Assembly: GCA_048882505.1 (NCBI GenBank)
Contig: JBHLRO010000002.1
Location: forward strand, 150,001 to 182,000
DNA: 32,000 bases
Reading direction: 5' to 3'
DNA from: Candidatus Thorarchaeota archaeon
Lineage (GTDB): Archaea; Asgardarchaeota; Heimdallarchaeia; Hodarchaeales; Hodarchaeaceae
Of this stretch, positions 1 to 6,726 are shown in pieces (positions within the stretch are counted from its first letter, which is position 1; every line of letters begins with the position of its first letter). The notes beneath the pieces are model-generated. The model did no database searches and was not told where the DNA came from. It saw nothing but the letters and a program-made list of their open reading frames with translations. A program made the position numbers and the translations under genes.

Positions 1-704
1 TATGTAGATTCACCTGATATAGCCGAGAAGTATTGACGAAGTGGTTCCTGCAATCCAAAAATAAGTACATTAGGACTCTCCATCGCATTAGGAAGCGGCA
101 GAAACGAGATAACACGGCCTTTTTTTGCCAATTCTGTTGCTGCAAATACGTCACGAGGATCTTGAGGATTCACGAATACTATATTGGAGGCCACTTGATG
201 GATACCAAACTGCAGATCATGGGCAACCGCAGTTAGAATAACAAGAGCGGTTAGAATTCCTTCTGATGTACGAGGGATAACGACATGAGCTTCTCGCGGA
301 GCTGAAAAAATCTGAAAAAAGCAGTCTAATTGGCGGTTTTGGGCATCAATAATCTCTCCAGACAGGAATTCAGTTAACATTTGTAAAATAATGTTCATAA
401 GGGGGATAATTTGACGTGCACTGCGATCGATGGGAATAAGAACAGTTGCTACAAGACTCTTATCCTGTGAGAATAGGAATATCATACGATGGTTTGAAAA
501 TCGGATGAAATGTACCTGTTCTCCTTCTGCGATCCTTTGTGAAAATAAATCGAGAGCCTGGGTCATTTGGGCACTTATTTTCGAGTTCTGAGTCAATTGC
601 CCATCCCCAGAACTGAATATGATGCGAGGGGAACCGCCGCTTTGATGGATCACGAGTATGTCGTTGAAATTGGGAAGTGCTGGTACGCTCTCCGAGTTTG
701 GCAA
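1..704 (-). CDS. Partial gene (runs off the left edge): N-terminal longin-like domain followed by a possible DENN-core-like alpha/beta domain
   Basis: Not in the ORF track because it has no stop inside the window. My translation shows an open minus frame from TTG 704 (alt. GTG 713; upstream in-frame TAA at 722-720) to base 1, 234 codons: LPNSESVPALPNFNDILVIHQSGGSPRIIFSSGD...ISAQMTQALDLFSQRIAEGEQVHFIRFSNHRMIFLFSQDKSLVATVLIP...IIPLMNIILQMLTEFL...FFQIFSAPREAHVVIPRTSEGILTALVILTAVA...NVLIFGL. SD-like GGAGTGA lies 5 nt before the TTG. The CDS is well supported; the domain calls are pattern-based. Confidence 0.8.
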   Translation of the reverse strand, partial: MPNSESVPALPNFNDILVIHQSGGSPRIIFSSGDGQLTQNSKISAQMTQALDLFSQRIAEGEQVHFIRFSNHRMIFLFSQDKSLVATVLIPIDRSARQIIPLMNIILQMLTEFLSGEIIDAQNRQLDCFFQIFSAPREAHVVIPRTSEGILTALVILTAVAHDLQFGIHQVASNIVFVNPQDPRDVFAATELAKKGRVISFLPLPNAMESPNVLIFGLQEPLRQYFSAISGEST

Positions 705-851
705 GAAAGTCACTCCGCGTTATTTACGAAGAATCCTAATTACTTAATATATGCAACTCATCACTCTATATCATTCATCATTATCTTTAATAAGTTTCAG
801 GTATTAAATACACCTCATCACTCAGGGCTCTGCAAGGGGTTGGCAATATCT

Positions 852-1523
852 TTAGTAAATTTCAGAGAGCCTCTCGAATACCCTTTGAGGGTTAAATCCG
901 CCACGACGAATCACCACGGGATTGGTGGGATTACTAAGATCTATGATGGTCGAGGGTTTATTCGGAGGAAGGTGTCCTGCGTCAATCGTTAACGGGATGT
1001 CTTCGGGTGAGAAATCCTGGTACACGCCTTCAAGGTTATAATTTACTGGTGCCCCTGTTTTATTTGCAGATGTTCCAATGATAGGACATCCTGCCTTCTG
1101 GATGATTTTCACAAGAACTTCATAGGATGGAACACGAAATGCGATTCTAAGGGGATCGTTTATGTTGAGAAGGGGAGAAATCTCCTCTTTCTGACATTTT
1201 AAAATCAGAGTAGGACTCGATTCGGAGAGTTGCCAAATTTCATGTAAGAAAGTATAGAATTGCGGGTCTGCATCGATATATTCCGGGATCATCTCTTTTG
1301 AAATCAGAAGACTCAAAGGCAAATCCAACGGACGCTCTTTAAGACGGAAGATACGGTATACATTATCACTATTCCACTTTAGCCCGCAGCACCCCAGACC
1401 ATAGCAAGTATCCGTTGGAAAAACCGCAATTACTCCTTTCCTCAAGGCCTCGGATGCTAAAGATACAATCTGCGGATTTGTTATTGCAATTCTTATGGGA
1501 AAGTTTCCCAATGCCAAAAGCAA
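852..1523 (-). CDS. tsaC: L-threonylcarbamoyladenylate synthase (Sua5/YrdC/TsaC), short form without the Sua5 C-terminal domain
   Basis: Motifs VFPTDTCYGLG, IFRLKERP, PLSLLI, IAFRVP, PIIGTSANKTG, PSTIIDL; TTG start with AGGTGA just upstream. Confidence 0.93.
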   Translation of the reverse strand: MLLALGNFPIRIAITNPQIVSLASEALRKGVIAVFPTDTCYGLGCCGLKWNSDNVYRIFRLKERPLDLPLSLLISKEMIPEYIDADPQFYTFLHEIWQLSESSPTLILKCQKEEISPLLNINDPLRIAFRVPSYEVLVKIIQKAGCPIIGTSANKTGAPVNYNLEGVYQDFSPEDIPLTIDAGHLPPNKPSTIIDLSNPTNPVVIRRGGFNPQRVFERLSEIY

Positions 1524-1567
1524 CTTTCACCTAACAAACTGGGAACTTATGGTTGCAGTGAACAAAG

Positions 1568-2320
1568 TTAAGCTTGTTGCTTCATCATTAAAACAATGAT
1601 ATCCCGAATGAGGCCTTCTACAGGTTTGATTACGCGAGAAACGCTCGCCGGTCTATATTCCTTTTTCAATTTGCCATCAACATCAACAATCTTGGTACGA
1701 TCTCCTGTAGAGAGAAGGACCTTTAGATCATCACGAGCTTCAAGGCAAGAAACTTCAACCATTCTAGCCGCCGCGTCACGAAGGTTTGCCGCCACACCTG
1801 ATTCGCTTAGTAATTTTCCCACCTCTAACGCAGAAATCCGTTGTTCTCTTGGTAAATCCATCTTGTTCAAAAGCAACTGAAAAGGAAGGACTCCATTGGA
1901 AAGCTTATCCCCAGCTAGATCATTAATCTCTTTCAAAGCATGTTTATTCTCTTCCCATCGTGACTTCTCCGAGTCAATGACCACAACAAGACCATGCGCA
2001 CCTCGTAACACGACCTTGCGTTGGCCTGAATGTCTTTCTTGTCCCGGTACGGTGAAAAGATGATACTTTATGATGGGAAGCCCTGCTGTGGTTCGACCAA
2101 GTCCAAAGATCGCTTGATCAAAGAATAAAGTTCGTCCTGTTGGATCCTCCAGCTTTAAGAACTTATAAACATTCTCTGGATCTTCAAGACTTTTTAATAC
2201 CTTGGTGATGGTCAGTGCTGTCGTCTTTCCTGCAAGAGTAGGACCCCAGAAAACGATCTTGACCGTTGGAACACCTTGATGGTCTCTCTTAACCACTTCA
2301 AACTCAGTTTTTACCTGCAT
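1568..2320 (-). CDS. MglA-type small GTPase
   Basis: KIVFWGPTLAGKTT (G1), RTLFFD, YHLFTVPGQ (G3), RKVVLRGAHGLVVVIDS, LLNKMDLP (G4). These follow the MglA signature KIVYYGP.L.GKTT / RTLFFD / HLYTVPGQ / RKLILKG / NKRDLP. Confidence 0.88.
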   Translation of the reverse strand: MQVKTEFEVVKRDHQGVPTVKIVFWGPTLAGKTTALTITKVLKSLEDPENVYKFLKLEDPTGRTLFFDQAIFGLGRTTAGLPIIKYHLFTVPGQERHSGQRKVVLRGAHGLVVVIDSEKSRWEENKHALKEINDLAGDKLSNGVLPFQLLLNKMDLPREQRISALEVGKLLSESGVAANLRDAAARMVEVSCLEARDDLKVLLSTGDRTKIVDVDGKLKKEYRPASVSRVIKPVEGLIRDIIVLMMKQQA

Positions 2321-2398
2321 AAGTAAATCTATTCTCCTAATTCGGGGCTTTGGATGGGCTATGGGTGTGAATTCGGGTTTGAGATGCGTTATTAAGGG

Positions 2399-2929
2399 TC
2401 ATCCAGTCTTTTTTTTGGACAAGATAGCTTGTGTTAGGCCGATAAAGATCTTGTCAATCTCTTCCCCTCCTTCCTTTGCCGACGTTTCATAATAAACCAT
2501 TTCGTGAGTTTTTGCAACCTCCACAGCATCTTCCATGGAGATTTTGCGATCTGGAAGGTCTTTCTTATTGCCAGCTAAAGCAACAGGAATCGAAGGATCA
2601 GGAATGTGCTTCCGAAATTCCGCAAGCCAGTCAGGAATCGCATCAAATGTCTTTTTATCATCAAGGGCGAACATTATGAGGCAAGCAGATGCACCACGGT
2701 AATAACTGGGGCGTAACTTACCAAAAAACTCTTGTCCCGCAGTGTCTACGAGAATGAGCTTGATTGAATTGTTATCAACTTGAATCTTCTTAGTAGTGAT
2801 GTCTACACCGAGCGTGGGGAGATAATTAGCCTCAAACTTGCCCTCAGCAAAGCGGCGGATTAACGAGGTCTTACCGACGCTGCCTGAACCGATGGCACAG
2901 ATCTTGAGCAAATATTCGTTTTCTTGCAC
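2399..2929 (-). CDS. Rab-like Ras-superfamily small GTPase
   Basis: G1 GSGSVGKT, G2 YLPTLGVD, G3 DTAGQ, YYRGA, G4 GNKKD, G5 ETSAK. The GTG at 2929 is preferred over the track's TTG at 2965, which overlaps the upstream stop. C-terminus KKTG has no Cys. Confidence 0.95.
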   Translation of the reverse strand: MQENEYLLKICAIGSGSVGKTSLIRRFAEGKFEANYLPTLGVDITTKKIQVDNNSIKLILVDTAGQEFFGKLRPSYYRGASACLIMFALDDKKTFDAIPDWLAEFRKHIPDPSIPVALAGNKKDLPDRKISMEDAVEVAKTHEMVYYETSAKEGGEEIDKIFIGLTQAILSKKKTG

Positions 2930-2954
2930 GATCAAAGACTTCCAAAGATTATAC

Positions 2955-3905
2955 TTAGAGTCCAAGCTTCGAAAGATCCTGGAGGGAAGCCCTCATATCT
3001 TCAATAAATTCATCACGCTCTGATCGCGTTTTTTGTCTGAGCATTTCTATGAAAAGTACTCGTCCTTTCTCCATGAAGAGTCTAACTTGGTATTGATCTG
3101 CAGGAAAAATCCCAGCGGGTAGATCGTCCATTGGCTCTAATTTAACGACCTCTTTCGCAAATAGTTTCAGGTGTTCTTTTATTGCGGAATAGACGGTGTC
3201 CCCTATGATCACAATCTCCCTTTCCATGTTCGGAGGTACTTCAATATCTCTTAATTTAGCAGTAACATCCTCAATAGAGGTAGGTGCAGCCTTGACGACC
3301 CGCGTTACCTCAACCTCGGTTTGGGTGGGTTTCGCACGAACTGTTGGAACGGGGCTAGGTCTGGCCTCAGGTTTTGGTCTAGAATGAATTGTAGGTTTAG
3401 GACGAGTTGACGGGGCAGGACTAGACCGAGCTATTGGTGCAGGTTTTGGTTGAGGAATCGCCGCAGATCGTGGGGTGGAGGATGGAGCAGGCTTCGGCCG
3501 AGCCGAAGGAGCAGGACGGGGAGTCGCAGTCGGGGTGGAAATAGTAGCCGCGGTCGAAGTTTGCTCTGGTACCGTAGATTTTGCCTCTGACTGTGGTGCG
3601 CTTTCCCCAAATAATGATAGGAAATCTGATCCCTCTAAACCAGGATCTAGTGATTCAATACGATAAACCATCCCATATTCCACTTGCCTTAGGTTTTGGG
3701 CGGCCTTGGCGCTAATAAATTTCCTACGAACTGGTGCTTGTTCCCCTTTCCAAATAAAAATCCGTCTTGCATTCTCATCAACGACTAGAAACACATTATC
3801 ATTTTTCAAATCTGCATATGATGAGATTTCGGATGGTTCTAAACTCCCATCGTCGGTAACAGTAAATTTCTTTATATTTTCGGAAGACCCGCTCAACAGT
3901 AACAA
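2955..3905 (-). CDS. Single-domain gelsolin-like protein with a Pro-rich linker and an unassigned C-terminal domain
   Basis: LKNDNVFLVVDENARRIFIWKGEQAPVRRKFISAKAAQNL fits the gelsolin-repeat core (LxxxDxF.LD...I(F/Y).W.G....EK..A...A..L). About 100 aa rich in P/S/T/A/R follow, then a ~105-aa beta-rich domain and a terminal helix. Confidence 0.85.
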   Translation of the reverse strand: MLLLSGSSENIKKFTVTDDGSLEPSEISSYADLKNDNVFLVVDENARRIFIWKGEQAPVRRKFISAKAAQNLRQVEYGMVYRIESLDPGLEGSDFLSLFGESAPQSEAKSTVPEQTSTAATISTPTATPRPAPSARPKPAPSSTPRSAAIPQPKPAPIARSSPAPSTRPKPTIHSRPKPEARPSPVPTVRAKPTQTEVEVTRVVKAAPTSIEDVTAKLRDIEVPPNMEREIVIIGDTVYSAIKEHLKLFAKEVVKLEPMDDLPAGIFPADQYQVRLFMEKGRVLFIEMLRQKTRSERDEFIEDMRASLQDLSKLGL

Positions 3906-3957
3906 CTCACGGTAATCCTAATATTGATATTATCCTTAATATCCAAAAACGGTGATA

Positions 3958-3965
3958 TTATATAA
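3958..3965. promoter_or_regulatory. Palindromic TATA box TTATATAA in the 94-bp divergent gap between the gelsolin unit and the Get4-like gene
   Basis: TTATATAA reads the same on both strands; 34 nt before ATG 4000 and 52 nt before TTG 3905, in an AT-rich gap. Confidence 0.5.
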
Positions 3966-3999
3966 ATTCGTTTTTGAATTCAATTCATTGTGAAAAACT

Positions 4000-4821
4000 A
4001 TGAGGCAAAACATTTGGGTTGAACGCGGACTAGAGGCCCTCCGACAAGGCCAATGGTTTGATGGTTTGCAGATGATTCAAGGGGCAGTTGAGCGGGCTGG
4101 TCGTCAAGACCAATCCGATGTAGTGGAACAGATTATTAACCAAATACTTCCCATTTTCCCAGAAGATTGGAATACATTGGTGTCTGAGTTAGTGCGCGAG
4201 ATTCTTACTCAAATTCGGGTTAGAAAATCCCAATTAGAATGGATTCGATTAATCCCCTTGATTTTTTCAGTATTAAGGAAAATCTCCCACGAACCCTGTG
4301 TTCATTTGGCAAGAAACCAGATTGTTATGGACGCTGGATTTCAAAATAACGATTTCCTCTTAAATCTGGAAGGAGTGATTGCCGAGGAAAAAAAAGCATT
4401 CCTCTTGGGTGACCTCTATTATTGTATCGCTGGGCTTTTTTCGAAAAAAAAAGATTACGTACGGTGTTATGAGGCCTTACAGAACTGGAAAGAGCATGGC
4501 CTAGTAACACCACATCTTGGAACTTATTTATTGCTGGCCGAGGTAAATGCCTATGAAATCGAAGAATGCACAAACTATATGGTTGCACCACAGAGCGAAG
4601 TTGACGAAGAGGCAGAAGATTATGCGATTCTAGGAGAAAGAATATGCCGTGCTGTCGAACTGACTGATCAGGTGGAGTTCAATAATATAATGTTCGAATT
4701 CAAGGAGCTAATCAACTCGGACGGGTTACTAAGAACACTATGTGACGGAATTAATGGAATATTGCATCCAACAAAAGGCTCCGGTCTTTTAGGATCGTTA
4801 TTTGGAAGCCGAGATAGCTGA
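4000..4821 (+). CDS. All-helical TPR-like protein, candidate Get4/TRC35 homolog
   Basis: 273-aa ORF with three segments resembling human GET4 as I remember it (see findings). The CDS is confident; the family call is untested. Confidence 0.6.
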   Translation: MRQNIWVERGLEALRQGQWFDGLQMIQGAVERAGRQDQSDVVEQIINQILPIFPEDWNTLVSELVREILTQIRVRKSQLEWIRLIPLIFSVLRKISHEPCVHLARNQIVMDAGFQNNDFLLNLEGVIAEEKKAFLLGDLYYCIAGLFSKKKDYVRCYEALQNWKEHGLVTPHLGTYLLLAEVNAYEIEECTNYMVAPQSEVDEEAEDYAILGERICRAVELTDQVEFNNIMFEFKELINSDGLLRTLCDGINGILHPTKGSGLLGSLFGSRDS

Positions 4822-5325
4822 GAGGATCTGTTGAACCGCCGCCATACCTGTTTCTGCTGTCATGATTTTTCTTCCTTCTCTCTCATCAATATAGCCTCTT
4901 TCTCCAATTTCTCTGCTCCACCCATTAATAGACGTAATACAAACCATGGGTTTATGATTTATCCACGAATAAGCAATTTCAGTAAGGGTTCCGGCTTGGC
5001 CTCCCACAGCTATGACCCCATCAGAAGCTAATGGTACCAAGGAGTTTCTTGTCCAGTGAAGAAAGGTGGGGATACGAATGGTCAAATACGGGTTTACCTC
5101 GGGATCTATCATCACATCAGTAGGGAGGATACCAACTGTTATTCCATTGTTCTCGAAAGCTCCCTTACAAGCAGCCTCCATAACCCCTCCTCGACCTCCA
5201 CACACCAAAATGGCGTTAGCTCGGGCTATTTCCTGACCGATCTCATAAGCAATTTCATACTGCCGTTCAGATCGAATCTGGGAATCACCGATAATGCCGA
5301 TTTGTACCTGATTTCTGATTTTCAT
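4798..5325 (-). CDS. LOG/TIGR00725-family Rossmann-fold nucleotide-binding protein
   Basis: IGIIG, LVCGGRGGVMEAACKGA, TVGILP, RN, DGVIAVGGQAGTLTEI. Confidence 0.88.
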   Translation of the reverse strand: MKIRNQVQIGIIGDSQIRSERQYEIAYEIGQEIARANAILVCGGRGGVMEAACKGAFENNGITVGILPTDVMIDPEVNPYLTIRIPTFLHWTRNSLVPLASDGVIAVGGQAGTLTEIAYSWINHKPMVCITSINGWSREIGERGYIDEREGRKIMTAETGMAAVQQILSAISASK

Positions 5326-5899
5326 CTTTATTCCCTTCTATGTACTTTTTCTTTCCATTAAGAGATGGTAGGATCTGGTGTTGGGCTCCGAAAAACCTCT
5401 GTTGAAGAAAATGCGGCATTAAATGGTCCAAGAACACCGCAAGTGCACTTACTTCTGAATGTGGTTGATTTCCAACCCCAATATTCCAGGTCGCTAGCTG
5501 AAATACTTTGCCAGGGATTTTTTTTCCTCCAACAACGATCAAGAGTTTTGTCCGTTGAAGTGGGTCCTTTTGCAGGCGATGAAATGATTCGGATTGCTCA
5601 AAAGTAAGGAGATTTTCACCATACATTGTCAAATGCATTATATTTCCTCCGGAATCTTTCCATTCTGTTAATATCATATTCCAATCTTCGAACGGCCTTT
5701 TGTCAAGTTTAAATTCACCTCCCCATTGGTTGACTACCTTATCAATGGTATGATCAAGGGTGGAATCTTCGTCTCCGGCGATTATAATCCGAGACGCCCC
5801 AAATGCTCGAGCAACCAGAATCAAATGACTGGTGACCCGCCTATCCCGCTCCCGTCGGTGGCCAATTCTCAGAACTGTTACCAAAAAGGAGGACTCCAT
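5285..5899 (-). CDS. trm56: tRNA (cytidine(56)-2'-O)-methyltransferase (archaeal SPOUT)
   Basis: LRIGHRRERDRRVTSHLILVARAFGA, WGG.F, HLTMYG, VVGGKKIP, WNIGVGNQPHSEVSALAVFLD. Confidence 0.95.
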   Translation of the reverse strand: MESSFLVTVLRIGHRRERDRRVTSHLILVARAFGASRIIIAGDEDSTLDHTIDKVVNQWGGEFKLDKRPFEDWNMILTEWKDSGGNIMHLTMYGENLLTFEQSESFHRLQKDPLQRTKLLIVVGGKKIPGKVFQLATWNIGVGNQPHSEVSALAVFLDHLMPHFLQQRFFGAQHQILPSLNGKKKYIEGNKDENQKSGTNRHYR

Positions 5900-5911
5900 G
5901 GGAGTCGCGAG

Positions 5912-6481
5912 TCAAGCGGACGCAAGTACTGCTCGAATGCTTGTAGCCAGCTTGGCGAAACTTTCATCTACATTCGCCCCTGTCTTAGCTGAAGTTTCCA
6001 AATAAGGTATTTCATAATGCATATTGAACTGGTTTTTCAGATCAGCTATGAACCCTTCGACTTCTTCCTGCGTTACATAATCTTTAGCTTCTCCACTATC
6101 CCTCAGGTCTACTTTATTTCCCAGGACTGCGATAGGCATCGCCCCCCGGCCACTGTTCCTGAATAATTCATCGATCCAATTTGTTAAGTTGGTAAATGAA
6201 TCTCTTCGGGTTATGTCAAACACCAGTAATCCCCCGTGCGATCCTTTATAGTATAATTCTCTAACTGAATTGAAACGGGGTTGCCCTGCCAGATCCCAGA
6301 TTTGAAATTTGACTGTCCGTGTATCTACTCCATCTTGGATAACCGCTTTTTTAACGGCAAAATCCGCACCAATAGTCATCACATAGCCAGAGGAAAATTG
6401 TTTTCCCAGATATCGTTCGCGTAAGGCGGTTTTACCGACAGCACCGTCTCCTAATAGACATATTTTCATAAGCAGGGTCAT
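5912..6481 (-). CDS. Rab-like Ras-superfamily small GTPase
   Basis: G1 GDGAVGKT, TIGADF, KFQIWDLAGQPRF, YYKGS, LVFDIT, G4 GNKVD, G5 ETSAK. Start placed at ATG 6481 because GGTGA (6490-6486) lies 4 nt upstream. No C-terminal Cys. Confidence 0.95.
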   Translation of the reverse strand: MTLLMKICLLGDGAVGKTALRERYLGKQFSSGYVMTIGADFAVKKAVIQDGVDTRTVKFQIWDLAGQPRFNSVRELYYKGSHGGLLVFDITRRDSFTNLTNWIDELFRNSGRGAMPIAVLGNKVDLRDSGEAKDYVTQEEVEGFIADLKNQFNMHYEIPYLETSAKTGANVDESFAKLATSIRAVLASA

Positions 6482-6726
6482 TTTTTCACCAGATTGGTAG
6501 TGCAAGTGCTATGTTTCTAATAACATCTAGTTATTCAACCTACATGCCGTTCTCTGAACGCTAACATATAAAGACTTCCGAACCGCAAGCTTAATGTCCC
6601 CTCGTCTTTTGGTGAAGCTATGAGGCATCCTCTCGCAAACGAGATTGGTGGTGTTTTCTTGAAAAAAGCCAGTACCCATGCCTCTTAATCCATTGTTTTT
6701 TCGATTTCTGACAATTTTATTAAGAA

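Noticed and set aside
33-236. 67-aa + strand ORF
   Set aside because: Antisense shadow of the longer longin-like minus-strand frame (1-704); no protein-like features
567-992. 141-aa + strand ORF
   Set aside because: Overlaps both the longin-like gene and tsaC on the opposite strand; no recognisable motifs
1568-3905. Search for a roadblock/MglB gene next to the MglA-type GTPase
   Set aside because: No ~120-aa ORF with the roadblock pattern was found in the gaps or in the ORF track
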